Below are positions 44,930 through 53,162 of a DNA stretch of 64,000 nucleotides, piece by piece. The notes below the pieces were generated by a model, which saw only the letters and a program-made list of their open reading frames with translations, made no database searches and was not told the origin of the DNA. This stretch comes from Gaiellaceae bacterium (lineage in GTDB: Bacteria > Actinomycetota > Thermoleophilia > Gaiellales > Gaiellaceae). The number at the start of each line of letters is the position of its first letter. Position 1 is the stretch's first letter. Both the position numbers and the translations under genes were made by a program. The stretch is taken from assembly GCA_036522595.1 (NCBI GenBank), contig DATDFL010000288.1:10414-74413 (forward strand), in the 5' to 3' direction.

Positions 44930-46122
44930 TCGAGGCCGTCGACACCCGCGCGCGAGGCCTGCGGCCGGTCAGGGCCGAGCGCCTCGAGATCGCCGCGTTC
45001 GTCCGGAGGCTCGACTGGATCCTGCTCCTCGGGGTCGGCGCGCTCCTCGGATACGGGCTCTGGGCGATCGCCGGGATCACGAAGAGCGACATCGCAGGCA
45101 ACCCGAACTACTACGTCGTGCGGCAGGGCGTCTACGCGGCGGTCGGGCTGCTCGGCATGACGATCGCCGTCGCGATCGACCCGGACTACTACCGCCGCTT
45201 CAAGCGCGTCATCTACGGCGGCACGCTGAGCGTGATGATGCTCGTGCTGCTGGCCGGCACGGTCTCGCGGCACTCGAAGCGCTGGCTCGACCTCGGCTTC
45301 TTCCGCTTCCAGCCGTCGGAGTTCGGGAAGCTGCTGTTCGTCCTGTTCCTCGCAGGCTTCCTCGCCGACCGGGCGAAGCGCATGAACGAGAGCAGCGTCG
45401 TGCTGCAGGCGATCGGCTTCGCCGCCGGGCCGATCCTGCTCGTCTTCGTGCAGCCGGACGTCGGCACGGCGATGGTCTACGCAGTCGCTCTCGCGGGAGT
45501 CCTGTTCGTCGCGGGGACTCGCTGGACGCATCTCGCCGCGCTGGCGACCGGCGCGCTGGTTTTGATCCTGACCGTGCTCTGGCTCCTGCCGGCCGCGGGC
45601 GTGCAGGTGCTGAAGCCCTACCAGCAGGCGCGCTTGACGCACTTCACGCATCCGAGCGCCGATCCCTCGGGTGCGACCTTCAACGTCGCGCAGTCGATCA
45701 ACGCGGTCGGTGCGGGGCGCTTCAAGGGACGCGGCGTCGCGGGGGCGACGCAGACGAACTACCACTTCCTGCCGGAGCACGCGACCGACTTCGCCTTCGC
45801 CTCGCTCGCAGAGGAGCGCGGCTTCGTGGGCGTCTCGATCCTGCTGCTGCTCTACCTGCTGGTCGTCTGGCGCGGTCTGAGGATCGTCGCGTCGGCGCGG
45901 GACGCCTTCTCGGCCATCGCGGCAGGCGGGATCGTGGTCGCGTTCCTGTTCCAGATCTTCGTCAACGTCGGCATGTCGATCGGAATCGCCCCGGTCACGG
46001 GTATCCCGCTGCCGTTCGTCTCCGTCGGCGGCTCGGCGATGATCGCCAACCTGCTCGCAATCGGCGTGCTGGAGGCGATCCACGCGCGCGGCCACGTACG
46101 CCGCCGCGGCGTCCTTCGCTGA
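44926..46122 (+). CDS. rodA: SEDS-family peptidoglycan polymerase RodA
   Basis: ATGA overlap with the mrdA stop. FQPSEFGKLLFVLFLA, TDFAFASLAEERGFVG and GIPLPFVSVGGSAM. Confidence 0.94.
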   Translation: MIEAVDTRARGLRPVRAERLEIAAFVRRLDWILLLGVGALLGYGLWAIAGITKSDIAGNPNYYVVRQGVYAAVGLLGMTIAVAIDPDYYRRFKRVIYGGTLSVMMLVLLAGTVSRHSKRWLDLGFFRFQPSEFGKLLFVLFLAGFLADRAKRMNESSVVLQAIGFAAGPILLVFVQPDVGTAMVYAVALAGVLFVAGTRWTHLAALATGALVLILTVLWLLPAAGVQVLKPYQQARLTHFTHPSADPSGATFNVAQSINAVGAGRFKGRGVAGATQTNYHFLPEHATDFAFASLAEERGFVGVSILLLLYLLVVWRGLRIVASARDAFSAIAAGGIVVAFLFQIFVNVGMSIGIAPVTGIPLPFVSVGGSAMIANLLAIGVLEAIHARGHVRRRGVLR

Positions 46123-46216
46123 CTTACGTGGATCCAGACGACGTCGACCCGCGCTTGATCTCGAACTCGACGAAGTTCGCTGACGAGTCAAAGCCCGCTT
46201 CCCATTCGCCGCCGGA

Positions 46217-46233
46217 GCCGGGCTTTGCCCGGC
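46217..46233 (+). terminator. GC hairpin downstream of rodA
   Basis: GCCGGGC-TTT-GCCCGGC is a perfect 7-bp stem. There is no T-tail, as is common in high-GC actinobacteria. Confidence 0.35.
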
Positions 46234-46352
46234 GGGAGGCACACCAACGCTGGCTCCTTCGAGACGAGAGACAGTCGCCGGATCGTGGAACAGGGGTAGC
46301 TCGCATCCGGGTCCCCCGTGACTCCGTCCGGAGGCGGTCCTACGCTTCCGCC

Positions 46353-46550
46353 ATGGCACCCAGACGTGAAGCCGAGGAGCTGCTGCTGATCGAGGAGGCC
46401 GACGCCTGGTTCGAGTACCTCGAAGCGACGCGCGGGCAGTCCGCGCTTCGGTACGGCGAGGTCGAGCCGTGGGCCTGGGCCCGCCTCTCCCAGCGGCTGC
46501 GAGCGGTCAGAGCAAAGCGCGCCAGGCTGCGGCCCGCGGCTGCCGCGTAG
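46353..46550 (+). CDS. hypothetical small protein (65 aa)
   Basis: ATG at 46353 gives MAPRREAEELLLIEEADAWFEYLEATRGQSALRYGEVEPWAWARLSQRL.. with a basic tail. I recognise no family. Confidence 0.4.
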   Translation: MAPRREAEELLLIEEADAWFEYLEATRGQSALRYGEVEPWAWARLSQRLRAVRAKRARLRPAAAA

Positions 46551-46610
46551 TCGTGTCGGCACCTCAGGTTGCTAGCCTGTGGGTGTGACCGAGTTTGCTT
46601 TCAACCTGCT

Positions 46611-46650
46611 GCGCGCGCTCCATCCGACTCGGGATGAACGCAGCGCGCGC
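46611..46650 (+). promoter_or_regulatory. stem-loop in the rne 5' leader
   Basis: GCGCGCGCT (46611-19) pairs with AGCGCGCGC (46642-50) and encloses an inner CATCC/GGATG stem. The AAGGAG SD and TTG start follow 10 to 24 nt later. Confidence 0.5.
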
Positions 46651-46673
46651 GCTACCGACCAAGGAGATTCCAC

Positions 46674-49208
46674 TTGCTTCGATTGTTCCGACGGCGCAAG
46701 CCGTCCCGTGACGAGCGCGCCGCCCAGCCGAGCGCGCCGCCTACCCCGACCCAGCCCGTAACGACCAAGCCCGCCACGCAGGCGGGCGCAACCGAGACCT
46801 CACCAGCACGCAAGCGTCGACGGCGCGGAAGCCGTGGCGGTCGAAACCGCAAGCGCCCGGCCGGTGCCGCGACGCAAACCCAGCCCGAGCAGCCCACGGC
46901 CAAGGCAGAGACGAAGCCCGAGCGGAAGTCGGCCGAGCGAAAGCCGGCCGAGCGCAAGCAACGGCAACCGCGCCGAAAGCCGCCGCCGCGCCGCCCGCCG
47001 CTCCCACCCGCGAAGCGCGAGCTCCTGATCTCCGTCGACGTCGGCGAGCAGCGCGTCGCCGTGCTCGAGGACGACCGCGTCGCCGAGGCCTACCTCGAGC
47101 GGCCGGAGCGCCGCTCGATCGCGGGGAACATCTACCTGGGCAGCGTCGACAACGTCCTGCCCGGGATGGAGGCGGCGTTCATCGAGATCGGCCTCGAGAA
47201 GAACGGCTTCCTGTACGTGGACGAGGTGGTCGTCCCCGAGCTCGAGGGGCGCTCCCACGGGCGCAAGATCCAGGACCTGCTGAGCCGCGGCCAGCAGGTG
47301 CTCGTCCAGGCGGTCAAGGATCCGATGAAGTCGAAGGGCGCGCGGCTGACCACGGAGATCTCGCTGCCGGGCCGCTTCGTCGTCTTCGTCCCGAGCGGCG
47401 AGGGCCTCGGCGTCTCGCGCCGGCTCGAGGACGCCGAGCGAACGCGCCTACGGGACATCCTCAAGAACCTCGACGTGAAGAAGGGCGGCGTGATCGTCCG
47501 CACCGCGGCCGAGGGCGCTTCCGCCGAGGACATCGAGCGCGACCTCGTCTTCCTGCAGCGCCTCTGGAAGACGATCGAGACGCGTGCGAAAAGCGCCAAG
47601 GCACCCGCTCTCGTCTACCAGGAGTCCGAGCTCCCGCTCCGTGTCGTGCGCGACCTCTTCACGGACGACTTCGAGAAGGCGGTGGTCGACCAGGAGCGCA
47701 CCTTCAAGCGCATCGTCGGGTACCTGAAGAAGACCTCGCCGCACATGGTCGAGCGCGTCCAGCGCCACCGCGAGAAGACGCCGCTGATGGAGGCGCGCGG
47801 AGTCGACGAGGAGATCCGCTCCACGCTCTCCCGACGCGTCGACCTGCCGTCCGGCGGCTACCTCGTCTTCGACTACGCCGAGGCGTTCACGGTGATCGAC
47901 GTCAACACGGGCCGCTTCGTCGGCTCGCGCGGCAAGTCGGCAGGCGGGCGGCTCGAGGACACGATCACGAAGAACAACCTCGAGGCGGTCAAGGAGGTCG
48001 TCCGCCAGCTGCGGCTGCGCGACATCGGCGGGATCATCGTCATCGACTTCATCGACATGGCGAACCCGAAGAACCGCGCGACGGTGGAGGAGGCGCTGAA
48101 GACCGAGCTCGAGCGCGACCGGACGAAGACCTACGTCGTCGAGATCTCGCCGCTCGGCCTCGTCGAGATGACGCGCCAGAACGTCACCGACGGGCCGCGC
48201 GAGATCCTGACGCGCAAGTGCACGATCTGCGGCGGCGACGGGGTCGTGCTCTCGGAGGCGTCGGCCGCGGTCGACGCTGAGCGTCATCTGCGCGAGCTCG
48301 CGGCCAGCGCGCCGCGCACGAAGGCGTTCAAGGTCGAGCTCAACGCCAAGGTCGCGAGCATCCTGATCGGCCCGGGCGCCGCTCGCCTTGCGGACATCGA
48401 AGAGGAGACGAAGCGGCGGTTCCTGGTCGAGTCGCGCGAGGACGCGCCGACCAACCACTTCGAGGTGCTCGGCAAGGGCACCTTCGAGAGCCTCGCGCCG
48501 GAAGGCGCGGCCCGGGAGGGCAAGCAATTCGACCTGAAGCTCGTCGAGGTCGGCCTGCACGACCTGAACGCCGGAGTCGGCTCGCTGGACGGGCTGGCCG
48601 TCTGCGTCGGCGGCGGCGCCAAGCTCGTCGGCAAGAAGGCGAAGGTGCGGATCGAACGCGTGGTCAACGGCACCGCCTACGCGACTCTCGTCGGAGGCGC
48701 CAAGGCTCCCGAGGCGCCGATCACCGCGGAGGGTGAGGCCGAGAAGCCGACCCGCAAGCCTCCTGCGCGGAAGGGCAAGACGGCCGTGAAGGAGCCGGAC
48801 GCAGTCGAAGAGGAAACCGTCGACGCCGATGCCGAAGCCGAGGCCGAGGCCGAAGCGCAGGCCGAAGCCGAGGCCGAGGCCGAAGAGACCGCGGCGCCCG
48901 GGGAAGCGACGCCCAAGAAGAAGACGCGCCGAGGCTCGCGCGGAGGCCGCCGCCGGAAGAAGAAGCCTGCCACTGCGACTGCCGCGGAGACGAACGGCGA
49001 GGCCCCGAAGATCCATCTTCCGGACCCTGGCCTCGGCCGCGAGGAGCCGGAGCCGGAGCCAGAGCCAGAGCCGGAGCCCAAAGCCGAGGCTGTCGCCCAG
49101 GACGGTGCCGAGGCGCCGAAGCCCAAAAAGAAGACGCGCCGAGGCTCGCGCGGAGGGCGCCGCCGGAAGAAGAAGCCGGCGGAGACGAGCTCAACGCCGT
49201 CCGAGTAA
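46674..49208 (+). CDS. rne: ribonuclease E/G family endoribonuclease with Arg-rich N- and C-terminal extensions
   Basis: S1 domain IAGNIYLGSVDNVLPGMEAAFIEIG and catalytic core VIDVNTG and GGIIVIDFIDM. Low-complexity tails contain three RRGSRGGR(R/N)RK motifs. Confidence 0.92.
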   Translation: MLRLFRRRKPSRDERAAQPSAPPTPTQPVTTKPATQAGATETSPARKRRRRGSRGGRNRKRPAGAATQTQPEQPTAKAETKPERKSAERKPAERKQRQPRRKPPPRRPPLPPAKRELLISVDVGEQRVAVLEDDRVAEAYLERPERRSIAGNIYLGSVDNVLPGMEAAFIEIGLEKNGFLYVDEVVVPELEGRSHGRKIQDLLSRGQQVLVQAVKDPMKSKGARLTTEISLPGRFVVFVPSGEGLGVSRRLEDAERTRLRDILKNLDVKKGGVIVRTAAEGASAEDIERDLVFLQRLWKTIETRAKSAKAPALVYQESELPLRVVRDLFTDDFEKAVVDQERTFKRIVGYLKKTSPHMVERVQRHREKTPLMEARGVDEEIRSTLSRRVDLPSGGYLVFDYAEAFTVIDVNTGRFVGSRGKSAGGRLEDTITKNNLEAVKEVVRQLRLRDIGGIIVIDFIDMANPKNRATVEEALKTELERDRTKTYVVEISPLGLVEMTRQNVTDGPREILTRKCTICGGDGVVLSEASAAVDAERHLRELAASAPRTKAFKVELNAKVASILIGPGAARLADIEEETKRRFLVESREDAPTNHFEVLGKGTFESLAPEGAAREGKQFDLKLVEVGLHDLNAGVGSLDGLAVCVGGGAKLVGKKAKVRIERVVNGTAYATLVGGAKAPEAPITAEGEAEKPTRKPPARKGKTAVKEPDAVEEETVDADAEAEAEAEAQAEAEAEAEETAAPGEATPKKKTRRGSRGGRRRKKKPATATAAETNGEAPKIHLPDPGLGREEPEPEPEPEPEPKAEAVAQDGAEAPKPKKKTRRGSRGGRRRKKKPAETSSTPSE

Positions 49209-50102
49209 CGGCCTGCGCGCCAGGAACGCGGCGTAGACCACCCCCGCCGCGAGCAGCATCGCGGCCCAGGCGAGCGAGAGGCTCGGCTGCAGCACATCGG
49301 GCACTTCCCAGCTCGTCCAGCCGCGCTTCACGACCTGCTCGATCCAGAGGTCGTTGACCATGTTGGTCAGCGCGTAGACGAGCATCAGCGAGAGGATCGC
49401 GGCCGTCAGCGTCCGCAGCCGGCGCATGCCGCCGAGCAGGCGCGAGAGCAGCAGCGCCGTCGTGGCCAGCAGGAACCCGTCCAGGCCGTGGTGGTGGCCG
49501 TAATGGACTGCCGCATGAAGGTCACCTGACCCGGGCTCGGGCTTGATCACGCCGGTCTGGAAGAACCAGCCGAAGAACGGCACGCCATCCAGGTGGAAGC
49601 CCATCTCCGCGGCGATGTACGGCGTGGCCCAGAAGAGCACGACCAGCCAGAGGGCCAACCGCGCTCGGTCGCCGGTTCGGCTCGTCCGCACGCGCTCGGG
49701 CCTTCCGCGGGCGCTCGCCCACGCGGTGAGCGCGACCGCCAGCGCGACGCCGATCACGGGGAGCACGTTCGTCCACTTCGGGTCGAGGTGGCTCGGGGTC
49801 TGCACGAACGCCACCGTGGCGCAGAACCCCGCCGCGACGAGGGCGAGGAGGTCTGCGCGCCGTTCCTCCAGCCGGTCGGCGACGACAGGCAGGACGCCCA
49901 GGGCCGCGACCGCGGGCGAGAAGCCGACGAACACGAGCGCTCGCCCGATCCCGCCGACGAAGCCCGAGTTGTGCACCTTCCAGAGCTCGGCCGGCGGGAT
50001 GCGCCAGTAGGTCTCGAAGACGGCGACCGTGGCGAGCGCGCAAAGCAGCCAGACGAGCCAGATACCCCGCAAACCCGCTCTTTGCGACCGGCGTGCGATC
50101 AC
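49191..50102 (-). CDS. hypothetical polytopic membrane protein
   Basis: About 8 hydrophobic segments with non-spurious composition. The 3' end overlaps rne by 18 nt. I recognise no family. Confidence 0.55.
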   Translation of the reverse strand: MIARRSQRAGLRGIWLVWLLCALATVAVFETYWRIPPAELWKVHNSGFVGGIGRALVFVGFSPAVAALGVLPVVADRLEERRADLLALVAAGFCATVAFVQTPSHLDPKWTNVLPVIGVALAVALTAWASARGRPERVRTSRTGDRARLALWLVVLFWATPYIAAEMGFHLDGVPFFGWFFQTGVIKPEPGSGDLHAAVHYGHHHGLDGFLLATTALLLSRLLGGMRRLRTLTAAILSLMLVYALTNMVNDLWIEQVVKRGWTSWEVPDVLQPSLSLAWAAMLLAAGVVYAAFLARRPLLGRR

Positions 50103-50118
50103 CGCTACACTGCTTCCT

Positions 50119-50137
50119 CGCGGGCGACATGCCCGCG
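50119..50137 (+). promoter_or_regulatory. hairpin in the short rplU leader
   Basis: CGCGGGC-GACAT-GCCCGCG followed by TTT, 10 nt before the rplU ATG. A TACACT -10-like box lies at 50106-50111. No SD is visible. Confidence 0.4.
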
Positions 50138-50147
50138 TTTCGGTGCC

Positions 50148-50678
50148 ATGGCTGGCTACGCGATCATCTCACTCGGCGGCAAGCAGTACCGCGTCCAGGA
50201 GGGCGAGCGGCTGCTGGTGGACCGCGTAGCGACCGAGGAGGGCAAGACCTTCCATCCGGAAGTGCTGCTGCTCGGCGGCGACGGCAAGTTCGAGCTCGCG
50301 CCCAAGGGCACGCCCGTGACGCTGAAGGTCGTCGGCTCCACGCTTGGGAAAAAGGTCACGATCGGGAAGTACAAGCCGAAGTCGGGCTACCGCCGCAAGA
50401 CGGGTTTCCGCGCGAAGCTCTCGCAGATCGAGGTTCAGACGATCGGCGGCAAGAAGGCTGCTGCTCCCAAGAAGGAGGCCCCCGCGAAGAAGGAGGAGGC
50501 CGCGGAGGCACCGTCGAAGCTGCCGGCCGGCTACGCGGACATGACCGTCAAGGACATCACCGCGAACGCCGAAAAGTGGTCAGCGGACGAAGTGGCTGCG
50601 GCACTCGAGTACGAGCAGGCGCACGCCAAGCGCAAGGGCGCGCTGGGCGCGCTCGAGGCGCAGGAGAAAGAGGACTAG
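50148..50678 (+). CDS. rplU: 50S ribosomal protein L21 with a ~70-aa C-terminal extension
   Basis: MAGYAIISLGGKQYRVQEGERLLVD ... GKYKPKSGYRRKTGFRAKLSQIEV is a full L21. It is followed by a Lys/Ala/Glu linker and a helical tail. Confidence 0.93.
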   Translation: MAGYAIISLGGKQYRVQEGERLLVDRVATEEGKTFHPEVLLLGGDGKFELAPKGTPVTLKVVGSTLGKKVTIGKYKPKSGYRRKTGFRAKLSQIEVQTIGGKKAAAPKKEAPAKKEEAAEAPSKLPAGYADMTVKDITANAEKWSADEVAAALEYEQAHAKRKGALGALEAQEKED

Positions 50679-50933
50679 ATGGCTCACAAAAAAGGGCTCG
50701 GCTCATCCAGGAACGGGCGCGACTCAGCGCCCAAGATGCTCGGCGTCAAGATCTTCGACGGCCAGGGCGTGACCGCTGGGACGATCATCGTCCGCCAGCG
50801 CGGCACGCGCTTCCGGCCGGGGCCCGGCACCGGGATCGGCCGCGATGACACGATCTACGCCAAGCGCGACGGGCGGGTTGTTTTTCGCTCGAGCGGCGAG
50901 CGTCGGCTGATCTCCGTAGTCGAACACCAGTAG
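50679..50933 (+). CDS. rpmA: 50S ribosomal protein L27
   Basis: [24 protein letters not shown] ... [13 protein letters not shown]. Confidence 0.97.
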   Translation: MAHKKGLGSSRNGRDSAPKMLGVKIFDGQGVTAGTIIVRQRGTRFRPGPGTGIGRDDTIYAKRDGRVVFRSSGERRLISVVEHQ

Positions 50934-50937
50934 CTCG

Positions 50938-52119
50938 ATGTTCACCGATCGCGCCCGCATCCACGTGCAGGCGGGGCGCGGCGGCGACGGCGCGCTCAGC
51001 TTTCGGCGCGAGAAGCACGTCCCGAAGGGCGGGCCCGACGGCGGCGACGGCGGCCCGGGTGGCGACGTGGTGCTCTTCGCGGATTCCGACCTGCGCGACC
51101 TCTCGGAGTTTCAGCGCCGCCAGTGGTTCAGCGCGGGCAAAGGGGGTGCGGGCGGGGGCTCGGGAAGGCACGGCGCCGCAGGTGCGGACGTCGAGCTGCG
51201 TGCGCCCGCCGGGACGCAGGTTCTCGACCTCGACGGGAACCTGGTCGCGGACTTGACCGGCGGCGGCGTCCGGGTCGTCCTGGCGCGCGGTGGGCCCGGC
51301 GGCCGAGGCAACAAGCGCTTCGCGAACTCGATCCGGCAGACGCCGCGCTTCGCGGAAACGGGCCTGCCCGGTGAGGAGGCGGACTTCGAGCTGCGGCTGA
51401 AGCTGCTCGCCGATGCCGCGCTCGTCGGCCTCCCGAACGCGGGCAAGTCGTCGCTCCTGCGCCGGATCTCGAACGCGAAGCCGAAGGTCGCCGAGTACCC
51501 GTTCACGACGATCCAGCCGGTGCTCGGGACGGTCGACTCGGACGAGCGCCAGCTGGTCGTGGCCGACGTGCCCGGACTGATCGAGGGCGCGAGCGAGGGC
51601 GCCGGCCTCGGCCACGAGTTCCTGGCCCACCTCGAGCGGGCACGGGTGCTCGTGCACGTGATCGATTCGTCCGAAGGCGATCCGGCCGACCGTTTCCGGC
51701 AGATCGACCACGAGCTCGATGCCTACGGCGCCGGCCTCGCGGAGCGGCCTCAGGTCATCGTGCTGAACAAGGTCGACCTGCTCCCGTCGACGCCGGCCCT
51801 AGACGTGGACGACGAGCGGATCGTGGGCGTCTTCGAGACCTCCGCGGCGACCGGTGCGGGGATCGACCGCTTTCGGCGGAGCCTGTTCGAGCTGATCCCG
51901 CCGGCGGAGGCTCCGGCCGAGACCTCGCTGCCCGACTTTCTCGTCTACCGGCCCCAGCCCGACCCTCGGCGGGCCTTCCGGATCTTTCGCACCGATCGCG
52001 GCTTCCGGGTCGTGGGGCGGCCTCCCGGCGAGGAAGAGCTCGAACGCGCGCTGCGCGAAGCGGGAGTGAAGCGCGGCGACGAGGTCGAGGTCGCCGGCGA
52101 GGCGCTCGAGTTCCAGTGA
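50938..52119 (+). CDS. obg: GTPase Obg/CgtA
   Basis: MFTDRARIHVQAGRGGDGALSFRREKHVPKGGPDGGDGGPGGDV, G1 GLPNAGKSSLL, DVPGLIEGA and NKVD. Confidence 0.97.
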   Translation: MFTDRARIHVQAGRGGDGALSFRREKHVPKGGPDGGDGGPGGDVVLFADSDLRDLSEFQRRQWFSAGKGGAGGGSGRHGAAGADVELRAPAGTQVLDLDGNLVADLTGGGVRVVLARGGPGGRGNKRFANSIRQTPRFAETGLPGEEADFELRLKLLADAALVGLPNAGKSSLLRRISNAKPKVAEYPFTTIQPVLGTVDSDERQLVVADVPGLIEGASEGAGLGHEFLAHLERARVLVHVIDSSEGDPADRFRQIDHELDAYGAGLAERPQVIVLNKVDLLPSTPALDVDDERIVGVFETSAATGAGIDRFRRSLFELIPPAEAPAETSLPDFLVYRPQPDPRRAFRIFRTDRGFRVVGRPPGEEELERALREAGVKRGDEVEVAGEALEFQ

Positions 52120-52694
52120 CGACGGGAATCCTCGGCGGCATCTTCGATCCGCCGCACAACGGGCACCTCGCCCTCGCGCGGGCGGCGCTCCAGCAGCTGG
52201 CGATCGACAAACTCGTGGTGCTGGTGGCCGCCGACCCGGGCCACCGTCGCGTCTTCGCCGCGCCCGAGGACCGCCTGCGCCTTGCGCAGGCAACGTTCGA
52301 GGATCTCCCGGCGGAGGTCGCGCTCGACGACAACGCCTTCACGGTGGATGCGGTCCGCGACGGGCGCTTCGGCGATGCGCTGTTCATCGTCGGGGCGGAT
52401 GAGGGCGCCGCGTTCCCGACCTGGAAGGATCCCGAGGAAGTGCTTCGTTGGGTGCGCCTCGCGGTCGGGACGCGCTCGGGCTTTCCACCGCCCGACCTGA
52501 GCCGGTATGGCGACCGCATCGTGTCGTTCGAGCTCGACTCGCCTCCTGTTTCGTCGACGCAAGTGCGGGAACTGGCCTCTCGAGGCGCGCCCCTCGCCGG
52601 GCTCGTCACGCCCGCGGTGGAGGCCGCGATTCTCGAGACCGGCCTCTACCGTGGCTACACTACGAACGCACCCGAGGACAGAAAGAGCCACTGA
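52116..52694 (+). CDS. nadD: nicotinate-nucleotide adenylyltransferase
   Basis: GTGA overlap with the obg stop. GILGGIFDPPHNGHL and SSTQVRE are present. Confidence 0.92.
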   Translation: MTTGILGGIFDPPHNGHLALARAALQQLAIDKLVVLVAADPGHRRVFAAPEDRLRLAQATFEDLPAEVALDDNAFTVDAVRDGRFGDALFIVGADEGAAFPTWKDPEEVLRWVRLAVGTRSGFPPPDLSRYGDRIVSFELDSPPVSSTQVRELASRGAPLAGLVTPAVEAAILETGLYRGYTTNAPEDRKSH

Positions 52695-53047
52695 CACCAC
52701 TCGAACACGCCCGCCGAATCGCCGGCCTCGCTCAGGAGAAGCTGGCGCAGGACGTTCTCATTCTCGACATGCGGCCCGTGTGCTCCTACACGGACTTCTT
52801 CGTGCTCGCCACGGGGCAGAACCCGCGCCAGACGAAGGCGATCTGGGACGAGGTGCACGAGCGCCTGAAGCACGACGAGCGCTCGCTGCCGGCCTCGGTC
52901 GCGGGCGAGCCTGAGGGCCGCTGGATCGTCGCGGACTACCTCGACGTGGTCCTGCACGTCTTCACCCCCGAGGCGCGCGAGTACTACCGGCTCGAAGAGC
53001 TTTGGGGCGACGTCCCCAGCATCGAGCTGGACGCCGCAGCCGTTTAG
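52691..53047 (+). CDS. rsfS: ribosome silencing factor RsfS (apparent CTG start)
   Basis: DVLILDMRPVCSYTDFFVLATGQNPRQTKAI ... WIVADYLDVVLHVF. The conserved N-terminus begins at a CTG overlapping the nadD TGA (CTGA). The nearest canonical in-frame start is more than 150 nt upstream inside nadD. Confidence 0.8.
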   Translation: MTPLEHARRIAGLAQEKLAQDVLILDMRPVCSYTDFFVLATGQNPRQTKAIWDEVHERLKHDERSLPASVAGEPEGRWIVADYLDVVLHVFTPEAREYYRLEELWGDVPSIELDAAAV

Positions 53048-53083
53048 TCGTTCGCCTCGTTCGCGGCTAGACTGAGGGCGCTT

Positions 53084-53156
53084 GGGGCCGTAGCTCAGCT
53101 GGGAGAGCGTTTGGCTGGCAGCCAAAAGGTCACGGGTTCGATCCCCGTCGGCTCCA
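53084..53156 (+). tRNA. tRNA-Ala (anticodon GGC)
   Basis: Acceptor GGGGCCG/CGGCTCC with the G3:U70 alanine identity pair, anticodon loop CTGGCAG, and a TAGACT box 11 nt upstream. Confidence 0.93.
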
Positions 53157-53162
53157 CTCTTT

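Noticed and set aside
41588-46359. 810-aa and 526-aa antisense ORFs across mreC-mrdA and rodA
   Set aside because: They are antisense to highly conserved cell-shape genes and have low-complexity Arg/Asp/Pro translations.
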